From contig JYFJ02001087.1 of NCBI GenBank assembly GCA_000934665.2, positions 62,001 through 125,757 on the forward strand: DNA of 63,757 nt, in the 5' to 3' direction. The first letter of the stretch is position 1; every line of letters starts with the position of its first letter. The translations under genes and the position numbers were made by a program. The DNA comes from Catajapyx aquilonaris. Taxonomy: Eukaryota. The notes under the pieces were generated by a model. It ran no database searches, had not been told where the DNA came from, and saw only the letters and a list, made by a program, of their open reading frames with translations. Below are positions 25,665-37,248 of this stretch, piece after piece.

Positions 25665-28600
25665 ATTTGTTTTCCAGGGGGAACTGAACGGACACTTTAT
25701 GAGAGATTTTTTCCAAAAAGAGAAAAAAAAGAAGTTACGGCACATCAGCTCCTGTACTGCCCTCAAGCTGATTACACTAGGCAGCCTACACTGAGATAGG
25801 TAGATCAGCTAAAGCAAGACACATGCACGGCAAAACTGTACGTGATAATGTAGTTGGCCTCTTTTTTCCTATTCCGCAGCAGCAGCATTGTATCTAGCAA
25901 TTGTGCGATTTAAAAAGAAATTAAACTACTCCAGTCTTTTAGCCTATACCTGTTCTGGAGGCGTCAGGTTATAACCACTTCTTTCAAGCCTCGAAAAAAA
26001 AGAAGAGCTGATTGTAGAGTTTCATCATACCCTTCCTATATAGCTTCTATGCATTCCCACCCTCCTCTCCCTTCCACCCCCCAAAAACGTTAGCCTCCAG
26101 AAGTGAGATTGTAGTCGTTTTAGCAATCTCTTTCTCTTTATCTGTCTCATGTCCTCAATTTTCAACCACCACTTTGGCCCGGGACAAGTGAATACGGGAG
26201 GGACTTTGGTCCCTGCAAGTTACAGTAGGTTGGTACAGTAGGACCTTGTAGGCTATAAAAATAGGCCTATTCGCAGGCGTCTTAAATGCAATAGCCTGCA
26301 TGGAAGTGTACGTGCAAATTCTATTATGGAGAGAAAGAGAGACATAAATGCTGCCAAAACAGTGACAAGGGGACCAGATGGTTCGCATTGTGGAACACAC
26401 GTACCCACTAAAAATAAATAAAATAAAACAACACTTAGGTTGCTTCTTATAACCGCGCATTTTCTAGAGTTTAGCTCCAGCGGGTAAGTCCTAGCTATGA
26501 CTGTAATAATAATGATGACGATTAAAAGAAAAATGTCTCGCCGAAGTTAATCAGTTTGCTTTGGCCTCAAGAATTGCGCTTTACGTCTACTAACCGGTTT
26601 GGGTTTCGTTCAAAAGATTTTTCCAAAATTTTTGCAGTATTTTATTTCCCGAATTACGTCACTTGGAAACTAACATGTATGAATCCTATTAGGCTGTGCC
26701 AGCAACAATTGTGATTGTGATATATTTTATGTGCAGGGCGAGACATAATATGGGTTGTGAGTGGCTGCTGTAACTGATGGACTTTACCAAATAAAAAAAT
26801 AAAAGCATGTTTTTAAAAAAATAATAGAGCTCCACATCAGCGGAATCTGAAGCCTTCCAACTCCAGACTAACTATGCACTCGGAGGACTTGTCGTAGGAA
26901 AGCTGTTTACGAGTTTCGTTTTTGGATATTTAATAAAACACCATTGCGATGAGTTACTTCTTCAGTTGGGCGTCTCCTATGACAATCGCTGTCCTCTGTT
27001 TGAAAACCCGTGTAAGAAGATAAACGCTAGTAGTGACTTATTACAATTCTGACAGTTAAAGTAATTTGCATGTGATCCGTGTGCTTCTCCCTGTACCTTA
27101 ACGGAAAAAAACGTCGATGTACGTTGGATAAACAGGAAAAAAAACAGTTTCATAAAGATGGGCGCTCATTCCTAACTGCCTTGACAAGAACTTTAAAAAA
27201 AAAAGTGCATAACAGTAAATATGCTCAGTCTACATATAAAGGCAAACAACGCGACGCACAAACTGGGTTAAGCGAATGGATTCACACGTCCTTGATTTTT
27301 TAAAAACGTATAGGCGTCCACATTGGTCAAGCATTTTTAAGTGCAGAATTTTCAAATCCTGTCAAGTCCATGCATTGGAACTATAATTGAAACATCCTTA
27401 TACTTGTAGAATCTGGTGTTGTATAATTTGGTTTATATTTTCTTTAAAATAGTAATTAGGCTCTTAATATCGGCTGGGAGTGGACTTGATTCGTTTTGAA
27501 TATAATGCGCTGCTATCAAAACCCTATAGGTGTGTAATTTTTTTACAGTGTAATTTGCATAACCTTACATTATTATCCTGCATGTCACACATTGTCAATG
27601 GACGTCATCACAATTTTATAACATAATTGTTTGTGAACACATGGCCAGTGGGCGCCTATTAAAAACACACGACTATCTTCCCGTAGGCACAGGGAGTTTT
27701 TCTCACCAATTTGCCTGCAGGACCTTCGTGCATATTACATAGGCCATCATAATATAAATACACCTAGCAAACACGTTAGAATGATTTGATGTTGCGCAGG
27801 CTTTGCCTCGCCAAATAAATTTTTTTCCTGCGCCAAAAAATAACAACGTATCCAAAAAATAAATAAAACTTGGTTCGCATCGTACATAAATTTTTTGAAG
27901 CCGCTCTTCCGTAGGCTATAAACGACAAAACAAGAATTCTGTCACGGAATCCTTAACCCTGTGCATGTGATGTAGCCTGCGATATGCAATAAGTAGATAA
28001 ATGATGCGACCATCTTTCTCAGCATTTCGTTATGCTGGAGATTATGATGACGTCACTGGTATAAAAGTTTGTCATGCCTTTGTTTTTGTTTTTTTTGGAT
28101 CGCTGAACCAGAGTGGTTGATTGAGAATAGTTGCAGTTCATTAGCTCTTTAGTCGGTTCAGAATGAAAAAAAAAACTATACTAACAATACATAAATAAAT
28201 AAAAACTATATAAAAAAGCGCACCACCCTGTAATTTTAGGAAGCAAAGTTGTCAGCCCACTAAAAATTGTCGTCATGATTGCTCTCAGGTTCATCACTTA
28301 TGTGTCATTAGAGCCTCGACCATTTTTCACCTATTTCCAAACCCCCCAAGCTGATATGATTTACAAAGCGACCTGTTCATATATTACACAGCCAGCTGTT
28401 GCGTAATACTTGCACAAACCCTATGTCATACCAATGATAGCGCATTATTAAATTAATATTATGCAACTTTCATCCCATTTTTGTGTGGAAACACATAGAA
28501 AAACTAGATGTCCTCAAATAGGACGTTTAGTCCACTCCAATGTTGTGTGGATACCAAAGTGTTTTGAAAACAAAAATAATTCTCCCCCCAAAAAACGTGT

Positions 28601-31091
28601 TAGACATTTACGTTCAGTTTTTGTATGAGCTGTTTTCGTTACGGTTACAATTTATATGTGGGGCTTACAGCAACGTTTTCATATTGCTCAAGCATGCTTC
28701 TTAAAATATCTTTCGGTATAGAATGATAATAATAACTAGTGGTTACTTTGGTGGGTCTGATTTTTTGTTTCCAGACGTTCCGTTTCTGTTTAGTGTCTTT
28801 TAATTTAATTTTCTTTCTCCGTGAGCTGAACTTGCGGAGAAATTTGGATAAAAAATAAATAAAACTGGTGCGCAAGTTGAACAACCATAATTTTCTGCCT
28901 TGTATGATAACGAAGGAGACTTGGTGAATGGACATCCGGTCCCGAAGTATAAGCTAATAAATCGCACGTGTGAAGGAGGGGGGAAAAAGTGCAGTAATTA
29001 CGTATACTTCATGTAGTGACTAAAAAAACGAAGTGCTAAAGAGTGTTTTTAAATTTCAATATTTAAATACCGATAAAAGTAACCATGCTTACTTAAAACT
29101 ATACATGTAAATATAGAGAATAGATTTTAAAAAAGGTGGGATCCCCCCATTATTCTGATTAATCCGAGGGGTAACTTAAACTTGGGCTGCATGGTTTCAT
29201 GACAAAACATAAAAAAGTCGTAATTATGATTAGGAACCCGCGCTGTTAACCCTATTGAACTAAAGAATATGGGGAAAGTGACGCCCATGGCAGTACGAGC
29301 TGGATATAAAAAAAAATCCTTTGAATTATTGTTGTTCCCTTGTTATTGATCTTGAATGTAAATATGTACAGGACCTCTCCAGGGATCGTTGTATAAGTTA
29401 GAAAGTGATATTTTATTTGTACTGTTAATTGAAATAAAGCAAATAAATTATGAAATTATCAATATTTGAGACTTATGAACGAGCCCTTTCTATTATATAT
29501 TTTTTTCCCAACTCCGTCCGTATATAAGGCGCCGAACACTGCCCCACAAAATTAAGCCAATCATTACGCAACGTGCACTAGTAACCGGATGTATTAATTG
29601 ACTGCAGCGGCAACGCGCCTTTAATGAAATTTGCGGTGCAGTTTCACGCCTACACGCAATTTTCAGGAACACCATCATCACGCATGCATCAAATGGACCA
29701 ATCCGTCAGCACCACCGCAACCACTTCTCCACACATCGGTATGTGTGCATGCAGTGCCTACGAGGCCTGGGAAACATGATTCCGCAATCAATCAACTCTT
29801 AATTTTTGGAAAGGCGTGTATTGTCATTGCATTTCATGTCTCCTGTTAGTCAATGTGGTGCTGAAGCCTTTCCTTGTATCACATTGGAATATATACGAAC
29901 ATTCTATGAGCCAATATTTTTGTAAATATACCTGGAATAGTGTCAGTGACAAAAATTATCAAAATTAATCTAAATCCACAGTATTTCATTCGCATTTAAT
30001 TATCACAATCTGATAACATTTATCTGAGCAGGGAGCCCATTCTATTATGGCATGAGCGACGCCAACATCTCTTATTGCAACAGTTCAACACTATGCTGAA
30101 GTAGGCTACTGAAATTTCACGTCTTTGTCTGTTTTAAATAATATCATTCTATAAAATAATACACAGATTCACAAACCCACATGTTAGGTAAATTTTGCAC
30201 TATTTTTCTATTAGAAGGCCCTTGCTGCGCTTTTTGCACGTCCATTCTTATGCTGCCTTTTCTGATGATACCTTTGCGAAACCGGAGCAAAATATGAAAA
30301 TGTTACAAAATGACCACTAAAATTAAACCTGTGCAGATTCTAGCACATTGTACAGGCAATTGCAAAAGCTGATAAAAGGGTGGGATTTACATGGCAGGGT
30401 GCCAGAGAATCGGAGAACCACATATTCAAAATGTAACAGTATGACTTGGGCGACTTAATGAGTGAGGGTGAGTGTAAAGTCATCCTTTTTAATTTTCAGA
30501 ATCCAAAGCAGATGAAGCGCAGAATCACCTCCGTGCCAGACTTTTCCAGTCTTGACGGACATTCCATCTTTTAAATAATCGTCCTTTCCTTAACATCTGC
30601 CACATTTTTTTCCCAGTTGGAGATCTTTTGTTTCTGTAGAATCAATGTGAAAATGGCAATTGATTAATAAAATTTTGCCATGATATTCGAACTTTGCTTT
30701 TTCTGCTGGAATCGATGGATCATCTGAAAATGACTGGATATTCTGTAGCGTATATAATAAACTAATAATATAATAGAGACAAACAAAAATTGAAAAATTT
30801 GAAGCAAAATAAAATAATTCAAAACTCCGCCCCTTATTTTGTACAACCGCTAAATGGAGCATACACTGCCATCTCGTGATTGCCACTACAACTATGCTCC
30901 GTGACCAACAGATGGCGCGCAAATCCATTCATTTACGGTAATTCAAACACTAAACCGTATTTTCCTCTCCCAATTAACCCCCCCACGCAATTAAAGCCCC
31001 AGTTAAAATAATTACTCCATTTCTTAATTAATAACCCCCCCCTGCAATAAACTCCTTCCAGCACTTTGAGAGATGGGCGTTATGCGATGCT

Positions 31092-31171
31092 CCAATGAGG
31101 TAGAGCCACACCAGTGTTCCCCCAGGGATTGGCCCCCCTGCATCTGCGTGGTCCATTCCGATTGGTCCACG
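31092..31171 (+). promoter_or_regulatory. ER-stress response element cluster (ERSE-I x2, ERSE-II) in the GRP94 promoter
   Basis: CCAAT-N9-CCACA at 31092-31110; reverse-strand CCAAT-N9-CCACG (CGTGG-tccattccg-ATTGG) at 31147-31165; ATTGG-T-CCACG at 31161-31171; an extra ATTGG at 31128-31132. All lie 100-180 bp upstream of the ATG of an ER chaperone. Confidence 0.8.
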
Positions 31172-31269
31172 GATAGCGCAAAACTTCTCACGTTGTCGGC
31201 ATCAGAACATTCGCCCCCTTGTCGTTCGAAGGAAAGGGAACAGCCGAACGTGTGTCCTCCTGACCCGGT

Positions 31270-34200
31270 ATGGCCTCCACACGCTGCCTCCTCTTCCTCC
31301 TGGGCGTGGTGCTGCTCGCAGGTCAGTGGCACACACCCGGAACACTGTAGAACACTAATCATTAAGCAAATCATTATCATGTAGAACACCGGTACCGGTA
31401 CTAACCATTACTTTATAGAACACCAGTACTGGTACTAACCATTATTCTATAGAACACTAATGTGATGAATGTTCGCAGGTTACTGCAGAGCGGAGGATGA
31501 GCTGGAGGCAGAAACGGTTGCGCCAGATATAGGTGCCAGTAGGGAAGGATCTAGAACCGGTAAGAATGTTTTCAGGAATGGGGAGTACTGATAATATCCG
31601 CAAATTGCTGTGCATATTTTATGCTGTATTTTTTTTTCCCCCCAGATGATGAAGTGGTTCAGAGGGAGGAGGAGGCGATTAAAATTGATGGGTTGAATGT
31701 GGCGCAGATTAAGGAGCTTAGGGAGAAGGCGGAGAAGTTTGCGTTTCAGGCGGAGGTTAATAGGATGATGAAGCTTATTATCAATTCGCTTTATCGCAAT
31801 AAGGAGGTATGGAGATGATTTTTTTATTGCGGATTGTGCTGACAATTTGCTAATGCGTTTTTTTTTACTCTTTTGCAGATTTTCCTGCGAGAGCTGATCT
31901 CAAATGCGTCGGATGCGCTGGACAAAATCAGAGTACTGTCGCTCACTGATAAGTCTGCGCTGGATGCAACGCCTGAACTAATAGTTAGACTTAAAGCAGA
32001 TAAAGAGAATCATGTGTTACATGTAACAGATACCGGTATAGGAATGACCAAAAAGGAATTAGTCAGTAATTTAGGAACCATTGCTAAATCTGGAACGGCC
32101 GAGTTCCTGTCTAAAATGCAAGATGTGAATAATGCACAGGAAATGAATGACATGATCGGCCAGTTTGGAGTTGGGTTCTACTCCTCTTTCTTGGGTGAGT
32201 TGTACATTTAAAGCGTACTGAACGCTTTTGCAATAATCTAATGTATTCATTCGTAGTTGCTGATCGTGTGGTGGTTACCTCGAAGCATAACGACGACCAA
32301 CAGCACATCTGGGAGTCTGATGCGGGCAGCTTCAGTGTAGTTGAGGATCCACGAGGCGACACCCTGAAGCGAGGAACACAAATCAGCGTCCAACTGAAGG
32401 AAGAGGCATATGATTTCCTGGAGGAAGACACCATCCGCAACCTAGTCCAGAAGTACTCTCAGTTCATCAACTTCCCCATCTATCTGTGGGCCAGCAAGGT
32501 AGCTATTTTGTAGCTTTGACGATGTGGGCGTGGCCTGACCTTACTTTTTTCTAGACTGAAGAAGTTGAAGAACCGATTGAAGAGGAAGAGAAGGCAAAGG
32601 AGGAGGAGGAGGCCAAAACTGATGAGGATGATGAAGATGATGCAAAGATTGAGGAAGAGCAGGAGGAGAAGCCCAAGACCCGCAAGGTTGAGAAGACCAC
32701 CTGGGACTGGGAGCTTCTGAACAACAGCAAACCGATATGGACTCGCAAGTAAGTGTTTCAGATTAAGTCGAACATGTCGGCAGCTAGAGCCGTTGAATGA
32801 TTTTTCAATCTTTGAACTCCAGGCCAGCAGAGATAACAGACGAGGAGTACAATGAATTCTACAAGGCAATCACTAAGGACCACTCTGAGCCATTGGCCAA
32901 GACCCACTTCGTAGCAGAAGGCGAGGTGACCTTCAAGGCTCTTCTTTTCGTCCCTGCTGCGCAGCCTGGCGAGAGCTTTAACAGATACGGATCCAAGACA
33001 GACAACATCAAGCTGTACGTTCGCCGAGTCTTCATAACTGATGACTTCCAGGACATGATGCCCAACTATCTCAGCTTTGTCCGTGGAGTGGTCGACTCTG
33101 ATGACCTCCCACTGAACGTTTCCCGGGAGACCCTGCAGCAGCACAAACTGCTTAAGGTGACTCTCATATTTTTATTTTCTTCTTTTAAGTACATTTATTC
33201 GAACAAATTACCATAACGGTAGTCCAGTGATGCCCAGATCATGGCACACTTCATGACATTTGCAAGTGCCTAAATGTGCTAATGTCTTGTGTTTATAATT
33301 AGGTGATCAAGAAGAAGTTGGTGCGCAAGACCTTGGACTTGCTCAAGAAGATGACGAATGAGGAGTACCAGAAATTCTGGAAGGAGTACTCCACCAACCT
33401 CAAGCTGGGAGTGATTGAAGACTCTGCCAACCGCACCCGCCTTGGAAAGCTGCTTCAATTCCAGTCATCCCACTCGGATGGGCACACTTCACTGTCAGAG
33501 TATGTGTCACGTATGAAGGACAAGCAGGACCACATCTATTACGTGGCTGGGTCCAGCAAGGAGGAGGTCCAGTCTTCGCCATTTGTCGAGAGGCTTCTGA
33601 AGAAGGGGTACGAGGTTCTGTACCTGGTGGAAGCCATAGATGAGTATTGCATCTCGGCCCTGCCTGAGTTTGAGGGCAAGCGCTTCCAGAATGTGGCCAA
33701 GGAGGGTTTCTCGCTCCCTGAGGACGAGAAGGACAAAGAGAGGCAGGAGGAGGTCAAGACCAAGTTTGAGCCTCTGCTGAAGTGGCTGGGAGACGAGGCG
33801 CTGAAGGATCAGGTCAGTCAAGATTTTATAACACTGGTGCATCGGTGATGAAATTAGTAAAGTGTTGGTACAGGGTATGCACATTGTATCATCACAGGCG
33901 CACTTGGTGAATTTATCAACACAATTGTGTATCTGCGATAAGTGGGTAAAAATGTATTTTGTAATCAAATCAGCGCAAAGTGTTACAGACACTAAAAATA
34001 ACTATAACAAAGGAAGAGGAATGAATTGACTGCTGGACTTTCGGCATACAGATCTGGAGCTTACTTTTTAAATTGGGTTCAATGCACAAGCACTACAGAG
34101 CTTATAAAGAACAACTAACAATCTTCCTCTTCATTAACACATGCTTTTTTCAGGTCCCTCTTGAAGTTTTCTCTCAAGTTAGCTTTGCACGAGGATGTTC

Positions 34201-35343
34201 TTGTGTGCGTTTCTGTAGTTGATGCAGCTATTGTCAAATCAGAGTTCTATATGTTGTTGATTGTACGTACGGGAGCTCTAATCTGTCAATAGCTGTGTCA
34301 TCTATGCAAGACCATTCTCATGCGAACTGGCTTGAACTTCTCTTATTTTGTACATATTGATTCTTAATCCTCACAACTTACATTAGTGGCATCTTAACTC
34401 TATTTAAATGCATGAACTGGGATTTTCTCTCTCTGCACTGGGGCTCTTCTCTCAGATTTCCAAGGCTGTGATTTCTGACCGCCTGACCAGCTCTCCTTGC
34501 GCACTGGTTGCGGGCATGTTCGGGTGGACTGGCAACATGGAGCGCCTCGCTGTGTCTAATGCGCACCAGAAGCAAGATGACATTCAGAGAGAGTGAGTGT
34601 TTAATAATATCTTATGTGTTTGTTTCTCCTGCCCTGTTACCCCCACCCAAGATCCTGAAAGCAGAACTCAGCGAGCGCCTGAGTGACTCTCCATGTGCTC
34701 TGGTCACATCCCAGTATGGCTGGACTGGAAACATGCAACGTATCATTTTGTCCCAAACACATACTAAGGCACAAGATGTGCAACGAGAGTGAGTTGGATT
34801 TGAAGCTGCAATTTATTCTTTCTGCTGTAATTTGCTGAGTGAGATTTAGCCATTTTTCTTGTTCATACCAATCCTTATAATTGTTGTGGTGCAAAGTTTC
34901 TGGCTATGTACATAAAATCTGCAGTTTCTTAAGCAGGTTTTGCTACATTATAGCTACTACTTGAACCAGAAGAAGACGTTGGAAGTTAATCCACGCCATC
35001 CGCTGATAAAGGAGCTTCTGAGGAGAGTTGAGTCTGACCCAAGTGACCGAAGTGCTAAAGGAGTGGCAATGATGCTGTTCAGGACAGCAACACTGAGATC
35101 TGGCTACATGCTCCGAGACACCGGGGAATTTGCAGACAGCATTGAGACCATGATGCGAGCCACACTCGGAATATCACTGGACGAGCAGGTGAGTCTGTAT
35201 GTTTGGTGATGCCATAGAGTTACTTTTACAAGCAATATTTTGATTTGCAGCCCGATGAGGAAGTGGTACCAGAGCCTAAGGAAGCTGAAGAAATTGACGA
35301 CGAAGACGAAGACGATGACAAGACTGAACACACAGAATTATAG
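31270..35343 (+). CDS. Gp93: Endoplasmin / GRP94 / gp96 (ER Hsp90), complete, about 784 aa
   Basis: Exons 31270-31321 (signal peptide [17 protein letters not shown]), 31479-31559, 31646-31806, 31879-32194, 32257-32498, 32555-32748, 32823-33156, 33303-33812, [34456-34592 or 34652-34788], 34954-35188, 35251-35343. Hsp90 signatures [65 protein letters not shown]; acidic tail ending HTEL-stop. Spliced length 2355 nt, in frame. Confidence 0.97.
31348..31461. repeat. 34-bp minisatellite (about 3.3 copies) in GRP94 intron 1
   Basis: TAGAACAC recurs at 31348, 31382, 31416 and 31450; copies 2 and 3 are nearly identical. Confidence 0.8.
34456..34592 (+). CDS. Gp93: GRP94 alternative exon 9A (mutually exclusive candidate)
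   Basis: 137 nt, ctcttctctcag acceptor, GA|gtgagt donor; encodes [45 protein letters not shown]. Confidence 0.9.
34652..34788 (+). CDS. Gp93: GRP94 alternative exon 9B (mutually exclusive candidate)
   Basis: 137 nt, pyrimidine tract then ccccacccaag acceptor, GA|gtgagt donor; encodes [45 protein letters not shown]; no stops or indels relative to 9A. Confidence 0.85.
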
Positions 35344-35855
35344 GCTTCCAGTTTCAGCCGAAGTTTATCCCCGAGTGTAATTTATTTTTAGGTGACTTCT
35401 GCCCTGCATAAGTTTTCCCAGACTTTGCCAGCACAGGAGTACAAGGGTGTATGCAAGTGTGACTACTGTTCTGTTCCAAAGACATTTGTGCAAATCTCAG
35501 GACCACTTTCCTGGTGTTCTTGAGAGAAATGACAAACAGGGTTTGGTTTGGGCTGATTTGCATCATGTAATTTAATAGTGTGTGAAACACAGGTGTGGAA
35601 GTTTGCACCAGTTTGAGACCGAACATTAATAAAATTGCATTTGAAATAAGTGTAGCTTTTTAAATAAAACTGATCCAATATTATTGGATGACTTGGACAT
35701 TGCATGCAACGATAATTCTGAAACAATATTAATAATTTTGAAAGCATTTTCCGTTATGGGAAAATTTGCATTATAATGTGATCTGAATTTTAATATACAG
35801 TTAAAATTATTATAATGGCAGTTTTGTGTACTTGTAATGAACTGAACATTGGCAT

Positions 35856-36964
35856 TCAAGAGGCTGTGACTGTGCCAGTGGCAGTTGGTTTCATCTGGCA
35901 TATGAATGGTAGATTCTCATGACAAGGATTGTCATTCCACACCAGCGCATTCATTCGAAGTTCAAGACAATCTTCAGCATTTTTGAAGTCATCCGGTTGG
36001 TTTGGAGACCAAATGGTGAACTCCAAACTCTTCCCTGATTCTACCCATTTCCAAGAGCCTTCCTCCTCCCCATCAGATGCACCCATCCAAATCCGCACAT
36101 TTTCTACAATTGACTCTGTGGCAGGCGTTGGAATTGGAACTGAAAAGGAGGAAATATCAGAAATAATGTCACTGCATGATAAGATATCGGGATTTGAACT
36201 CACATTTTGAGTTTAGCAGAAACACTTTCAGTTGAAGCCATTCGCTCTCTGAATGTATTTCAACCAAATGGCCGTGCAGGGCCCTGCAGTACTCGTCTGC
36301 TTCTGTGAAGTTGGCTTTCAAACCTTGGCTGTAGTACAAGCATCCCGACAGCCATGGTGCGAATGGTGCAGGACAGCCATAGCTATCAGTGTGGCAGTTG
36401 ACTGCTAAGGGAGCTGCTGATTCTTCGTTTTTCTTGCATATGTAGTTAAATTTTAATTCGCAAGCAGCGTCATTCCATTTGTAGTTTATACTGTTGTATA
36501 ACATCAGGCAGTGTTCTTTTCCTTGGCCATTACTCGGCTGGCTACCGCCCCATCCTGTGTACAGAACCAGCTGCTGGTTTGAATGCCAGATCCATTTCCC
36601 TTCTTGTGTCATATCGGTGGCACCCAACCAGAAGCTCTTTCCCACTATTCAGGGAACAATAATGTTAGTAGTGTGATTTGTTCGAACCGCCAAAATTATT
36701 ACTCGAAGCTTTTAAACAAAAGTACTTACCCTTTCGTGCTTCCACTTGCAAAACGGTGTCTTCCTCAGGAGTTTCAACAGTTGCTAAAACTGCATTGTGT
36801 TGGCGACAACTTTCTCCTGCATCCCACCATGACATCACATGGTCACTGAAGAAGTAACATCCTGTAGGGAGCTGCACAAATGGTGAGGGACATTCACCTT
36901 GTGCTCTGCAGGCCAGAGCCGCCACTATATATGCCACGACTTGTAAACCTAGAGTAAACTTCAT
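35856..36964 (-). CDS. Secreted C-type lectin with two CTLDs (paralog 1, about 319 aa)
   Basis: Exons 36964-36730, 36644-36204, 36139-35856 join in frame. Signal peptide MKFTLGLQVVAYIVAALACRAQG. CTLD1 has FWLGATD...QPS...EHC...WNDAAC; CTLD2 has IWMGASD...QPD...EDC...WNDNPC. Confidence 0.92.
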
Positions 36965-37011
36965 TCTGAGCAGTGTTCTGGTAACTGATGCTAATATCCA
37001 ACATATTCGAG

Positions 37012-37125
37012 TTTTATATCTGAATGTGCTGACATTTGACCCATCCAACTTGCTCTGCGATAAAGCTTGGGAGTTACCGGGGTTCTGGGAAAAACTTATG
37101 ACGCCAAGTACTACTGGGATTCTAC
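37012..37125 (-). promoter_or_regulatory. Putative core promoter of lectin 1: TATA box plus kappaB-like and GATA motifs
   Basis: TATAAAA on the minus strand at 37012-37018, about 50 bp above the ATG; GATAA near 37059; GGGAGTTACC 37069-37078, GGGAAAAACT 37087-37096, GGGATTCTAC 37116-37125. Confidence 0.4.
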
Positions 37126-37248
37126 GATAGTCTGGGTCGCATTATTCAGAGGTCAAATGTTACAGATTCCATTGATAAAGCAGTAAAAGTCAGTTTTATT
37201 CAAGTCTCACAAGTCAGTTGTAACTAAAATTCATGCAATGATACATTT

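Noticed and set aside
31348..31461. CRISPR-like repeat array
   Set aside because: Eukaryotic intron, no unique spacers and no cas genes; an ordinary minisatellite.
34508..34792. ORF reading from exon 9A through the spacer into 9B
   Set aside because: It starts at a non-ATG codon in an off-frame of 9A; retaining the spacer in the real frame hits GAG TGA at once.
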